A stretch of 58,667 nucleotides of DNA from assembly GCA_041737755.1 (NCBI GenBank), contig JBGSRE010000491.1:1-58667 (forward strand), written 5' to 3'. The stretch is from Oligoflexus sp. Its GTDB lineage: Bacteria > Bdellovibrionota_B > Oligoflexia > Oligoflexales > Oligoflexaceae. Of this stretch, positions 1 through 10,006 are shown one piece after another. The notes beneath the pieces are model-generated. The model was not told the origin of the DNA, did not search any database, and saw only the letters and a program-made list of their open reading frames with translations. The stretch's first letter is position 1, and each line of letters starts with the position of its first letter. The position numbers and the translations under genes are program-made.

Positions 1-1093
1 CAAAGGCAATGTAATAGGGTAGCGACAAAAGTTTTTCGTTGAGTTCTTGCAAAACAAAACCACTGCTCACTGCCCCATCGATATTGAGAGCTCTGGCTAT
101 AGCAGTAGGGGCACTCATCAAATCAAACGTTGCTCGCGTCAGCCAATTGCCTGCACCATCAGGACCTGCCTCAAAATGCCCCGACACAGCAGAATCTGTT
201 GAGCGAGTGATACGGCTATCAAGGTAGTTGCCGCGAGATTGCCAAAAGTGCTCCGGCTCGCCAGCAATTCCCATTGCGGTCTTTTGAATCGCCGCTGCCG
301 TTGCAAGGTTTAAGGCCACACTTTTAACCCTTTCTGCCTCTCGGGTGTTAGGGTCTGGCCAAGTGGTACGGAGATGACCGGGATCTGAAACATCGCCCGA
401 ACTTACTGCGAGATAGTTGCCTTCTTCGGGTTTGGTAACGCCTTTGGATTCGATATGCCGACGAAGGCGAGACCTCACATCGACCAACAGGTCATAGCAG
501 CTCATATCCCGTCCACGGACGGCAATCTTTCTTGTTCGTAGTGGCGATGGATCAAACCGTTCCTCATAGATTGGAGTACCTGATGGCGAAGACCTCAATT
601 TCCCGCCAAATAGATCGGCTGCCGTCATTGGATCACCGTCGATATTTGAGATATTTGGGATACAGGAACTCAGCGCCATATTGAGATCATCTTGCAGTCC
701 AGGTTCCGAAATCTCGACGCCGTTTGCGCGCAAGATCGTACTCATGACCCATCCTGGTGGCATCGTTCTAGTCGCTGCAGGACCTTCGAGAACTTTGACC
801 GCTGTCTTTTGCAGCTGGTAGGCCAACGCTGATCCGATACCATTTACAGCTGCATAGCCTAAGGGCTTGCCTCCAACCGGTAGACAACAAAGCCAAGCGA
901 AAAAAAATGCCAATGCCCGCCTTGGCGACTCACCGCGATGCAGGCTAAAACCGAGAGAAATGAACGCAAGAGTTCCGCCGACTAAAACCACTAGATGGGC
1001 TAACCCTGAGCCGTATAGATCCTCCATGATCGCCCGCATGACATAGTCACCAAAGTCTTTGACCATGCGGGACAGAACCGTTTCGTTAACCAT
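1..1093 (-). CDS. traG: TraG-like mating-pair stabilisation protein, N-terminal part (runs off window edge)
   Basis: Not in the ORF track. ATG at 1093 follows RBS GGGAGG. The frame reads MVNETVLSRMVKDFGDYVMRAIMEDLYGSGLAHLVVLVGGTLAFISLGF... with hydrophobic N-terminal segments and ends ...NEKLLSLPYYIAF at the edge. It lies directly after the TraH-like gene. Confidence 0.6.
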   Translation of the reverse strand, partial: MVNETVLSRMVKDFGDYVMRAIMEDLYGSGLAHLVVLVGGTLAFISLGFSLHRGESPRRALAFFFAWLCCLPVGGKPLGYAAVNGIGSALAYQLQKTAVKVLEGPAATRTMPPGWVMSTILRANGVEISEPGLQDDLNMALSSCIPNISNIDGDPMTAADLFGGKLRSSPSGTPIYEERFDPSPLRTRKIAVRGRDMSCYDLLVDVRSRLRRHIESKGVTKPEEGNYLAVSSGDVSDPGHLRTTWPDPNTREAERVKSVALNLATAAAIQKTAMGIAGEPEHFWQSRGNYLDSRITRSTDSAVSGHFEAGPDGAGNWLTRATFDLMSAPTAIARALNIDGAVSSGFVLQELNEKLLSLPYYIAF

Positions 1094-1136
1094 AATCACC
1101 TCCCTGGGCCATCGCCCAAACACAAATAAATGGACC

Positions 1137-2648
1137 CTACATACTGCCCGGCAAAGGGATTGGCCCGGCTGGTGGATCTGCTGGCGGACGACCTCGCGTG
1201 GTCATATTGCCCAAACGCTGGCCCTGCACATCCCTGACTATGGCGCCAATCTCGACTTGGACCGTGCGAGCCTGCCGCTCGGCATCACGCTTATACGCAA
1301 GAATTTCGATTTCACTTTTGGTGCGTTCCAAGATCGCCTTGCAGTTCTCCTGTGCAAGAGCTCCCTGATAGGCCGGATCACGACGGCAACGGTCAAGAGT
1401 CCTTGAGTAAATTTCAGCTAATAGATCATTGACCTGCACATGACTCACCGACTCCGACAGACGGTCGATGACCTGCTTCATTTCAGGGGTATCAAGAGCT
1501 TTATCGGGATCACGCTCTCCCGGTTTGGCTAGTGAGAGCAGCATCACTAACTGCTCGGGAGTGACTAAAATAGAAGGTTCACCGCCATCAGACCTGGACC
1601 TGTAAAGTGGTGATGGTTCACCTTTTTGATCCCAGCTTGGGCGATCCTCCCACTGCGACCGCGTCTTCTCAATGATCTGAACCGGTGTATAGCCTTGGTC
1701 TTGAAGTGGTTTCATAGTCTTAAGGACCAAAATAATTCGATCCTTAGCAGTTTGATTGCGGCTGACCATAGTTCGCTCGACAGTTGGGTTGAAGGTACCC
1801 CCTCGCATCACACTCGATTGTTGCCTGATCTCGATACCCGGAAATAATTCGGTCATGAGCAGTTTTGATTGATGAAGCCGCGAATAGCGGTAGGTTCCCG
1901 ACCCTAGAGAATAGGTGGCACCACCTGGTTGATTAACGGAATCGGGGAAAATGGATTTGACGAAGCTGACCATTGAAAAACTTGATCCAGGATCACCTTG
2001 CGATGCCGTGCGGGCAATTTTGTCTCCCTTTTGCAAATCAGCACTTCCTGGATTCGTGAGGCAACGCTCCCGTGCTTCACTGGCCGTGATGTTTCTCCCT
2101 GTTTTCATTTGATTGCTCACGCAATTTCGAAGCGACTCTGCCTGAGTCATCGACACATTAGCCACCCCATCCAGCATCTGGCAGGTGTTAAAGGTGAGTT
2201 GACCTTCAAAGGCGGACATCATTTCTGCTTGGTTGAAAACATGGCAAAAGGTAGGGGAAACATTACAAGCCAACATTGACGGCAATGCCCCAGTGAGGGA
2301 CATGGCTAGCCGCGTTGCCTCGTCTTGAAGGCCGCGCCCAATATTGCGCCAGTAATCTTTCGATAGGAGTTTCTTTGGCAATCGCAGCTGGATTGTACTC
2401 CAATCGGTATAGCCGCAGACCTGCTGCGCTTCGAGACCAACTTGATAATCTGCTAGATTGATGACAAATCCTCGCGCTGGGGGCTGGCTCGATGGAAAGC
2501 CAAATGGCGCCACGACTCGGCCTTGCGAATCAGATTGCACCGTAAATCGACCCGCTACAGCCAAATCAGACACGGCAAAACTTGTGAGAACGACTCCGAC
2601 AACAAAGGGTCGCAATTTAACTGTTTTTGTCAATTTTTTTAGAATCAT
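1137..2648 (-). CDS. TraH-like / PFL_4711-like periplasmic conjugation protein
   Basis: Signal peptide; 'QVCGYTD' and 'GALPSMLACNVSPTFC...TCQM' Cys pattern; sits between VirB4 and TraG. Confidence 0.55.
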   Translation of the reverse strand: MILKKLTKTVKLRPFVVGVVLTSFAVSDLAVAGRFTVQSDSQGRVVAPFGFPSSQPPARGFVINLADYQVGLEAQQVCGYTDWSTIQLRLPKKLLSKDYWRNIGRGLQDEATRLAMSLTGALPSMLACNVSPTFCHVFNQAEMMSAFEGQLTFNTCQMLDGVANVSMTQAESLRNCVSNQMKTGRNITASEARERCLTNPGSADLQKGDKIARTASQGDPGSSFSMVSFVKSIFPDSVNQPGGATYSLGSGTYRYSRLHQSKLLMTELFPGIEIRQQSSVMRGGTFNPTVERTMVSRNQTAKDRIILVLKTMKPLQDQGYTPVQIIEKTRSQWEDRPSWDQKGEPSPLYRSRSDGGEPSILVTPEQLVMLLSLAKPGERDPDKALDTPEMKQVIDRLSESVSHVQVNDLLAEIYSRTLDRCRRDPAYQGALAQENCKAILERTKSEIEILAYKRDAERQARTVQVEIGAIVRDVQGQRLGNMTTRGRPPADPPAGPIPLPGSM

Positions 2649-5221
2649 ACACCTTCTCCTCCTGACTCTCCAAAAGGGTAGTCCTTCGCCATCGTCTTAA
2701 GTGCCTCGCTGGCAGCAAGACCCTCCCGACGCAATTTTGCATAAAGTTCGACCTGACTTCCGCTTGAGGTCACCAGTGCATCCATCGCTGGGGATAGCGG
2801 CAAAAACATGGTTCCCCGGTAAGGAGCATCCGAGTTTTCTGAACGAACATAGAGTTCGCTGCGTTTAAGCCGGCGATTGATCTCAAGACTGGCAAGAATC
2901 TGGAATTCAGCATCAGTGAATTCTCCTGTGCATTTCGCCTTTAGATCAGAAACCATTGCATCGCCTAAGGGTAAAAACAGCTTTTGAGTCGCAATGGTCC
3001 ACAGTGTCTTTCCCGCTGGTTTATCGGTGTAATCACCAACACCGTTGGTCAGAGAAATAGCCTGAGCATTGAGTTTTGCGCAGGTTTTTACAACGTTTTG
3101 AATAAATTCGGCATTGAGCTTTTGCGCCTGCGAGTCGCCGTGCAAAAGCATACCCAGCTCTTCAAATACGATCAGCTTTGGCGTGCTACGAGGAAATTTA
3201 GCTAAATCTCGCGTGATTTTTAAAAATGCCATCTGCGCAGCGAGAAGTTGTAAGACTGGATCTGAAATGCCATCGAGGTCATAAACAAGAAAGCTCGCCA
3301 GAGCGGTAGCCGAATCCTGCCGCTCATGGGCTGAGAAGATAAATCCATACTGCCCACTAGGCCCAAGACTGACGCTCCATGCGGCCAGTTGCTCCCTAGC
3401 CTCCCCTGCTCCCTTGACCCCAGCCTCCGCTTTTAGATTTGCGGCCTGTGGCAATGCGGCAAGAACATTCGTCCAGACAGGGTGCGGGTCGAAACTACAA
3501 TCCCCAGTTCGGTCCGCATGCCTAATATTAATCAGCTGGTTGTTGTAGGCGATCTTGATCGCATCACGCAAAAGTTCCGTATGCAGTGACGACAAATCAA
3601 TTCCAGGATTTTTTTGAACCAGCGCCGTCGCCAATAGAACATAAATCCCCTCAATGTCATCATCCTCCCAGTCGCCAAGGGCAAATGGGCTATAGGGATT
3701 TAGCCGTAAGGCGCTTTCGGAAAAAGATACAATCTTGCCACCAAGTAAATCGGAGAGCTTAAGGTAGCTGGTTTTCTTATCGATGACCCGGATCACCCCC
3801 TCAGGAAATCGCTCCATAAACTCCAGCAAAAGCTGATTCATAAGGCAACTCTTCCCTGCCCTGCTGGTGCCCAATACCGTTGTCATGCGATTACCCTCAC
3901 CACGAAAAAGGTCAAACCGTGTCGGTGTGAGATTGCGGCTACAGTGCCAACGAACCCCATGTTCTCTCGATGGACCGTCATAGATGGGCCAGAATCCAAC
4001 AGCATTTTCCAAGCGAATCTGCCGGCATCTACCTGATATTCGGTTTCCCTCCCGCGAAAGACAGAGCGGAAGACTTGAAACCACCATGTGGACCCCAATT
4101 TGGCGTTCGGGGATAAGCCGGGCACCAATGTGATCCATAGCCAGGGTTTGAATGCGTGCCTTGGTCGCATCATCAATGTCATAGGTCAAAAGCCGCAAAG
4201 ACTGGACCCCGTGTGGTCTTAGAGCATCAAGGTTGTTTTGAAAGGAAATCAGATCTTCATGTTTACCGCGATGAGCAGGCCCATGACTGAACCAACTGGA
4301 TTTGACAGCTAAAGCTGATCCAAAATCCCTTGACCCATGGGAAAATCCCCAAACGATATCGAAGTTTTTTACCGGCAAACTATCGATAAAATGCCGCATT
4401 AGGCCAGCGGCATATTCATTAGGCAGCTGCGAAAGCACAAACGGAGTGATCCTACTGCCCCCTTCAATTTCAACTCCATCGGGAGTTCCTGTTAGATTCG
4501 ACGTATAAATGGACTCTTGAATATTTTTTTCATTCGGATATATGAGCCGCTGCGCCGTGGCCCCATGCAGAACATCGGCATAGTAGTGAAGAAGTTGCGA
4601 TAGACTCAGTCGACTGATTTTCCGCGCAGAATTGAATTCTGCCTCAAGATTTTTGAGGGTGTCCTCAAATTCATCGGAATAATGATGGACCTTATCTCGC
4701 TCCTGATCTTCAAGGGCTCCATCAGGCTTAAACAGATCCAACATGGTTCGAACTTTTTGGATCGCGCTGCCCGTATCTTTCGGTGGAGTATAACGCACGC
4801 ACATCAGGTATCGCCGCTGCACCAGACCCATCGAAAAAAGACGATCTTCTTCGCTGCGAAGGATGCCGCCAGCTTCACTTTTCACGGGACGCACTGGATT
4901 AGGAATGGATTTTTGCTCTCTTTGCGAACAAATTAACTGAACTACAGTGTTACGCAGACCAGCATAAGTTGGTATCCCCACCACTATCTGGCGCAAAAAC
5001 TTCATAAAAGGAGTCAGTGCACCGAGAATTTCCGATTCCGAAAGCAACTCATCATAGATGCCGTCGACTTCATAGACTACACCCAGCTCACCACTTGCCA
5101 GTAGGAACACCCCATTACCAAGGTGCTCCCTGAGTGGAATATGAGCTTCAGCAAAGCTCAGTGGTAATTCCAACGCCCGCGCCAAGTCTCCTTTAGTCAT
5201 CGTCTGAGTTTGGTGATTCAT
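2645..5221 (-). CDS. traC: VirB4/TraC-family T4SS ATPase
   Basis: 858 aa; Walker A GTSRAGKS, 'VIDKKTSY', Walker B 'IVFEE'; tra operon context. Confidence 0.9.
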   Translation of the reverse strand: MNHQTQTMTKGDLARALELPLSFAEAHIPLREHLGNGVFLLASGELGVVYEVDGIYDELLSESEILGALTPFMKFLRQIVVGIPTYAGLRNTVVQLICSQREQKSIPNPVRPVKSEAGGILRSEEDRLFSMGLVQRRYLMCVRYTPPKDTGSAIQKVRTMLDLFKPDGALEDQERDKVHHYSDEFEDTLKNLEAEFNSARKISRLSLSQLLHYYADVLHGATAQRLIYPNEKNIQESIYTSNLTGTPDGVEIEGGSRITPFVLSQLPNEYAAGLMRHFIDSLPVKNFDIVWGFSHGSRDFGSALAVKSSWFSHGPAHRGKHEDLISFQNNLDALRPHGVQSLRLLTYDIDDATKARIQTLAMDHIGARLIPERQIGVHMVVSSLPLCLSREGNRISGRCRQIRLENAVGFWPIYDGPSREHGVRWHCSRNLTPTRFDLFRGEGNRMTTVLGTSRAGKSCLMNQLLLEFMERFPEGVIRVIDKKTSYLKLSDLLGGKIVSFSESALRLNPYSPFALGDWEDDDIEGIYVLLATALVQKNPGIDLSSLHTELLRDAIKIAYNNQLINIRHADRTGDCSFDPHPVWTNVLAALPQAANLKAEAGVKGAGEAREQLAAWSVSLGPSGQYGFIFSAHERQDSATALASFLVYDLDGISDPVLQLLAAQMAFLKITRDLAKFPRSTPKLIVFEELGMLLHGDSQAQKLNAEFIQNVVKTCAKLNAQAISLTNGVGDYTDKPAGKTLWTIATQKLFLPLGDAMVSDLKAKCTGEFTDAEFQILASLEINRRLKRSELYVRSENSDAPYRGTMFLPLSPAMDALVTSSGSQVELYAKLRREGLAASEALKTMAKDYPFGESGGEGV

Positions 5222-5595
5222 CGCTTTAATTCCTCTTTTTGAACGCCCGCATCACTATTGCGAGATGCTGGCTGCATCGTGGGAGTGATGAGGGAATCGA
5301 GCGAGATATCCTCACGCCCTAAGTTGATAAGCAGCGGCCCACCGGTCCAGATGTCTCCACTTTCGAGCATCTGTGGGTAACTATAGGCTTCGATATAGAT
5401 AGGCCGACCTTTATTCAGAGCCTGCGCGCTGGTCCGGCTTTCCTTCATATCCCGAACAATTTTAGGCCCCAGCTGCAGCTCTCCATCAGGAATCGTTGCG
5501 CACCCATAACCAACTGTAATATTTAGACAAATAAGAACCCCCAAGAGGGTTAAAATGCCATTTTGGCGTACTATATTGTTACTGCTCTTGCTCAT
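5218..5595 (-). CDS. traV: TraV-like outer-membrane lipoprotein
   Basis: Lipobox-like GYGC; 'IEAYSYPQMLESGDIW' resembles the TraV core; lies between traB and traC. Confidence 0.55.
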   Translation of the reverse strand: MSKSSNNIVRQNGILTLLGVLICLNITVGYGCATIPDGELQLGPKIVRDMKESRTSAQALNKGRPIYIEAYSYPQMLESGDIWTGGPLLINLGREDISLDSLITPTMQPASRNSDAGVQKEELKR

Positions 5596-6911
5596 GGTTT
5601 ATCCTCTCCTTCGTCCTTTGATGTTCCCCCACCCTCGCCTATTACTTCCTGATGCGATGCCTTGAGAGCATGACTGGTATTAACTTTTTGTGATGAATCT
5701 GCAGAATCGCCCGGCTCTCCTTTTTCTATCAAGGAAATGGCCTCGATTTGACGGGAGTTTAGTTTTTCGCCAAAAAACACCTTTGGAATGTGGACTGTGC
5801 GATGCAATGCCAAGTAGATTTTTTTGCCTGGACCAATTGCAATGGTTGGCGACAGGCTTTGATAGTAGTCGATCCACCAATCAAGGAATTTTGCCGATGA
5901 GCCTGAAAGAGTCTGGCCGATAATGTACTTATTCTTATCGCCGCCGACGTTGCTACCTTTGACAGGATCACCAAATCCTCCGCCAGAACTGACTTCTGTA
6001 TTCACCTGCGCAGCTGCCATAGCAGAACCGAATGACTTGACCCCATCAGACAGAAACGACAGCGCCGATGCCAATGCCTTACCTCTGGCTACCAAAGTCC
6101 CTCTGGCCCCCAGATATTCCTCTTTTTGATCGACCATATGAGCCTCAATGGGAATATCAAAGGTTTCACCGGTTGGAGCCCGACAACTGATCGATTGAGA
6201 TCGCCCATAAATCCTTTCTGTCGAATAGTCCCCGCGAACCGAGATCCAAAGACGACAATTTTTCATCTCCACAACCGTCCCGTTGGGACCGAGCCAGGCA
6301 TAATTCAATTCAGCTGGAACAAAGCGTTCAACATTCCCGGTGGCCTCAATTCCGTAAAGAGTGGTTGCTAGGGCAATCGATGTTGCCGGCAGAGTGAAGG
6401 TGTCTTTGCCTGGGGATCGAGCTGCAATCAGGCCCTGATTGAAGATGCGAACACCCTCCTTGGTATCGCTATAGCTTGGTCCGTCGCCCTGTGAGACTGA
6501 ATACGCCCGATTCTCATACCTATTTTTTATTTTTTTGCGCACAGGTGGCGTCGGAACTGCCTCTGGCAAAGGCTGCGATTCTGCCGCAACAGGCTGTGCG
6601 TCAGGCTCGGCAAGCGCACTCTGTGCTGGTTCTACTGGAGGCTGCGCCCCCATCGGCCTATTCCTAATATCCTCAAGAGCTTTACGGGATTTTTCCATTG
6701 CCGCCCTAAGCTCAGGATCTCCGACCTCGTAGCTTGGAATCGTCTGATCACCCGGAAGCATCTTGGCCTTCTGCCCGGAATTTTGCGAAGCTCCTGACGG
6801 AATGAGCTTGTCACCTGGAAGAACGCTTCCTTGAGGCAGGCTCTGGGCCGAAACTACTCCCGGGAAAATCGCCGTCAATAAACCTAAAATGACTAACTGA
6901 TGGTTCTTCAT
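5592..6911 (-). CDS. traB: TraB (VirB10-like) T4SS core protein
   Basis: Pro-rich linker; 'GDYSTERIYGRSQSISC', 'GARGTLV' and 'PTIAIGPGKKI' are typical of the TraB C-terminal domain. Confidence 0.8.
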   Translation of the reverse strand: MKNHQLVILGLLTAIFPGVVSAQSLPQGSVLPGDKLIPSGASQNSGQKAKMLPGDQTIPSYEVGDPELRAAMEKSRKALEDIRNRPMGAQPPVEPAQSALAEPDAQPVAAESQPLPEAVPTPPVRKKIKNRYENRAYSVSQGDGPSYSDTKEGVRIFNQGLIAARSPGKDTFTLPATSIALATTLYGIEATGNVERFVPAELNYAWLGPNGTVVEMKNCRLWISVRGDYSTERIYGRSQSISCRAPTGETFDIPIEAHMVDQKEEYLGARGTLVARGKALASALSFLSDGVKSFGSAMAAAQVNTEVSSGGGFGDPVKGSNVGGDKNKYIIGQTLSGSSAKFLDWWIDYYQSLSPTIAIGPGKKIYLALHRTVHIPKVFFGEKLNSRQIEAISLIEKGEPGDSADSSQKVNTSHALKASHQEVIGEGGGTSKDEGEDKP

Positions 6912-7867
6912 GGCAGTCTCTCCATCATTTCTTTGGGTGAAATGTCGCCACGGGAGAGGACATAGAATAAAAATTCATCACCCTTGCGAAAAATCGGCCT
7001 GGGATTCGTAGCTATTTTTGAGGGTGATGCTGGGTCCCGTGCGCGGAATGTTGAAAAATAAAATTCACCAAGTTTGGCGTCTTTTACAGCCTGTGGTGCT
7101 GAGAAATCACGCCCCGCTGTCCCTTCAAACTTCCAGGCCTTAAAAAGGTCTTTGTCAGTCCCAACATAAACGAGTTGATAGGATCCAATTGATGTTGACC
7201 TTCTGAGTTGACGTGATGACGATGAGTTATCGCGACCAAAATTGTTTGATTCTGATGGGGTTTCTTCAGCAAGAAAAGCCAAATCGCCGCCTGATACAAA
7301 AGCCCTAAAAAGATTGATAGGGCCAAGGGCCTGACTCAGCACAGCTCCCGATTTAGCTTTTTCCATAATGCTTCGAAACTCAATAATCGGTTTACTCACC
7401 ATTTTAGACAGGGTCAGGCGCACGTTGATCACTTGCTCGTTGGTGAGCCTGATGGCACAGGTGGTCGTACCCGATGTACGCTTGGGAACCAGCTTCAGGT
7501 GCCGAGCGACGAGATCCGAAGCACCGCCTCCTTCCCCTGCCACTCCATTATCCGAGACACCAGCGGTTGGTGGCAGGCCAGCAACCTGGGAATTCTGGAT
7601 ACCTCTCGGAATCAGAAAGTTATCGAGATCATTGGTGCTTTCCACGGGGTAAAGTTCTATAATCCCTGCCGGTTGACACACTCTGGCAAAGGGCGGCACA
7701 GGGAAAGACAATAAGGTTTCCGACTCTGCCGAGACCTCTAGATCACGGGCACGGTCGCTAAAATAGTAGATCTCCTGGGCCTGGCTGTAACCGGAATGGA
7801 CCAAAAATCCAGTGATAGTCGTACAAAATAGAACCAAACTATTGAAATGTTTTGCTAGCAATGTCAT
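6908..7867 (-). CDS. TraK-like periplasmic core protein
   Basis: Likely start is ATG 7867, giving a signal peptide (MTLLAKHF...SQAQE). Occupies the traK slot in the order traL-E-K-B-V-C. Confidence 0.5.
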   Translation of the reverse strand: MTLLAKHFNSLVLFCTTITGFLVHSGYSQAQEIYYFSDRARDLEVSAESETLLSFPVPPFARVCQPAGIIELYPVESTNDLDNFLIPRGIQNSQVAGLPPTAGVSDNGVAGEGGGASDLVARHLKLVPKRTSGTTTCAIRLTNEQVINVRLTLSKMVSKPIIEFRSIMEKAKSGAVLSQALGPINLFRAFVSGGDLAFLAEETPSESNNFGRDNSSSSRQLRRSTSIGSYQLVYVGTDKDLFKAWKFEGTAGRDFSAPQAVKDAKLGEFYFSTFRARDPASPSKIATNPRPIFRKGDEFLFYVLSRGDISPKEMMERLP

Positions 7868-8639
7868 TGGGAAGCTCTCCTTTCTTTGCCGCCTCCAGCG
7901 CTTTCTTGAGTGGCTCGTAGTCGCCAATCACAAGACGAGTTATGCGCAGGGCGAATGGATTAATTTTTGTTGGGTAGATGCTCTCTGAAAAAATAAGGTA
8001 AGCACTGTCGTCAGCGCGGTATGGCTGGTTGCCATCGATGTAAAGGGTTTGCCGACCAACCACAAGCCCACAAGCTAGGTTGAGAGCCGCGCACCAAGTG
8101 TATTCACTTCGGTCGCGATCGATCTTATAGGTGGAAACCATTTTGTTTTGCTTGACCTGTTCAAATCGACCGGATTCACTGAGATTCGCCTTGGTTCTGG
8201 TGCTCAGATCATTGGAATAGTAGTGCTGAAAAAGATCCTGGTAGTTTTCCTCGATGGTTTCGAAGGTCCAAGACGAATTTCGCTCAGAAACATGTTCAAA
8301 AGCCGCCTTAATATAGCTGTCAGTAACTTGCCCAGGCGTTGCTATCTCAAAGCGTTGAACAGCCGGTGAAAGAATGATCTGGGTTCGGTCAGCGTTTTTA
8401 ATGTTCCAAACCGCGAGCCCGACAACCAATAGTGCCAGCGGCAAACAAGCTCCAGATGTCCACGCCGCAACGCTTCGCCAGAGTCTGGCTCTCGCCTTTG
8501 CTCCTGCCAGCTCATCAAGGTACGATCTCCTATCGCTAAGATCCTGGTCAGTTAGTTCACTCGGACCTAATGTTAAGAGGTTTCTGGGTTTGCCGAGGCC
8601 AATGGTCAAGCGCTTCATTTTTTGTAGCAGTCTATTCAT
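7839..8639 (-). CDS. traE: TraE-like (VirB8-type) bitopic membrane protein
   Basis: One TM helix followed by 'IILSP', 'VTDSYI' and 'SWTFETI'; C-terminal 'NPFALRI'; synteny. Confidence 0.65.
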   Translation of the reverse strand: MNRLLQKMKRLTIGLGKPRNLLTLGPSELTDQDLSDRRSYLDELAGAKARARLWRSVAAWTSGACLPLALLVVGLAVWNIKNADRTQIILSPAVQRFEIATPGQVTDSYIKAAFEHVSERNSSWTFETIEENYQDLFQHYYSNDLSTRTKANLSESGRFEQVKQNKMVSTYKIDRDRSEYTWCAALNLACGLVVGRQTLYIDGNQPYRADDSAYLIFSESIYPTKINPFALRITRLVIGDYEPLKKALEAAKKGELPNDIASKTFQ

Positions 8640-8648
8640 ATGATCCTC

Positions 8649-8987
8649 CTATTCACGATACAGTTTGCGTGGAAATTCAATCGCTCCAAGACTAGGAAGC
8701 AACGCACTTAAGTGCTTTCGCATGGAACTTGGTAAACGCTGTAGAAGGCCCATCAGTCGGGGATTTAGGGTGACAGGTTCGCCCCTAGTCTCTAGTGCGT
8801 AGCAGTAGCGACAAAGCATGATCACAAGGACAACGCTCCCCAATGCGAGAAGTGGCCCACCTAACATCAATCCCAGCAGAAACCCCCAAAGCAAATATGG
8901 GAAATAGCCGAGTTTGACGCCGAGGATATGAATCTCGTGATCGACATTTTCAATGTGGTACCGTTTTACCTGTCCATAGTCATACAT
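8649..8987 (-). CDS. traL: TraL-like small membrane protein
   Basis: 112 aa with a central hydrophobic hairpin; lies between the pilins and traE. Confidence 0.55.
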   Translation of the reverse strand: MYDYGQVKRYHIENVDHEIHILGVKLGYFPYLLWGFLLGLMLGGPLLALGSVVLVIMLCRYCYALETRGEPVTLNPRLMGLLQRLPSSMRKHLSALLPSLGAIEFPRKLYRE

Positions 8988-9264
8988 GAGGTGTTTCTCC
9001 TTTCGATTCTTGATTTTTGAGACTTTTTGAATGGATTTCTTTACCGCTCGTCTCTTGTTGCCATTTCATAAACAGTTCATCACGACATAGTTTTAAAACC
9101 AGTTTGCTAACAATCTCTCCTGGGGAAACACGGAAATTCATATGATCGGAGAGAAACCGAGTGTATTCTTCGAGAATTTTCGCTGCAGCATCAGTTAAGG
9201 TATAAGATCTTCTGGTCCTTACATCATGCGAAACATTGATCATTGGTTTGGACTTCTTCATCAC
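8980..9264 (-). CDS. Small putative ribbon-helix-helix DNA-binding protein
   Basis: 'RRSYTLTDAAAKILEEY...SPGEIVSKLV' strand-helix-helix pattern; RBS GGAGGGG; overlaps traL. Confidence 0.45.
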   Translation of the reverse strand: MMKKSKPMINVSHDVRTRRSYTLTDAAAKILEEYTRFLSDHMNFRVSPGEIVSKLVLKLCRDELFMKWQQETSGKEIHSKSLKNQESKGETPHV

Positions 9265-9278
9265 CTAATCCCCTCCCT

Positions 9279-9644
9279 TTAAATAAATGAAAACGCTAAA
9301 TAGCCACCAAGACCAGCAATCACAGCTCCAATTGCTGATCCAAATGCCGCTCCATATTCTTGATCGTTAAACCTCTTGCCGGAATGAATGGTAAACATGG
9401 TTGCCGGCACCGCGCATGACACCATAAGGATCCAGTTGATCAGCCCAATGGCATCTTTCGCTTTTGCGTTACCCCGAAGAAGTCCATCAGGATCGGACAG
9501 CAGCGCCCTCTGTCCTCCCTGTTGTGCGAAGGCCACCCCGTCGCTGGCTTGTGGTCCAGGGGCTGCCCAAGCGAGAAAAAATATGCCCAAGTGAGCAGCG
9601 AGCATAATGATTCGAGAGAAAATAAAAATTCTTTTGTGGTTCAT
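9279..9644 (-). CDS. Conjugative pilin-like protein (paralogue 2)
   Basis: Long leader plus two hydrophobic helices separated by a basic loop; RBS GGAGG. Confidence 0.55.
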   Translation of the reverse strand: MNHKRIFIFSRIIMLAAHLGIFFLAWAAPGPQASDGVAFAQQGGQRALLSDPDGLLRGNAKAKDAIGLINWILMVSCAVPATMFTIHSGKRFNDQEYGAAFGSAIGAVIAGLGGYLAFSFI

Positions 9645-9659
9645 GTGTAAACCCTCCCT

Positions 9660-9989
9660 TTATCCTAAAAATAGAACGGTTGATAGATAAGGACTTGCGC
9701 CGGCTATGAGTGCGCCCACAAACGTGATCAGTGCTCCGTAATAGTCTTCGCGGTGAATCCTCGTAGCGCACATACTGAGCAGGATCGTTGCCGCCACGAC
9801 AGCTAGACCTCTGGCACCCCAAGTGAGCGTCGTCGCAGCACCTGCACCATCGGCAGCAACGTTTAATGCATCACCTTGCGAAATTGGGATGTTAAATGGT
9901 TCATTCCAATCAGCCAGTGCGAACTTAGAACTCATCAAGAGATCTAAAGACCATAGGGCAAAGAGTGTTTTTTGAAGACTTAAGACCAT
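9660..9989 (-). CDS. Conjugative pilin-like protein (paralogue 1)
   Basis: Leader plus two hydrophobic helices; shares R-x4-5-Y..GAxIAGxxxYL with 9279..9644. Confidence 0.55.
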   Translation of the reverse strand: MVLSLQKTLFALWSLDLLMSSKFALADWNEPFNIPISQGDALNVAADGAGAATTLTWGARGLAVVAATILLSMCATRIHREDYYGALITFVGALIAGASPYLSTVLFLG

Positions 9990-10006
9990 GTGTTACCTTC
10001 CTTTCT

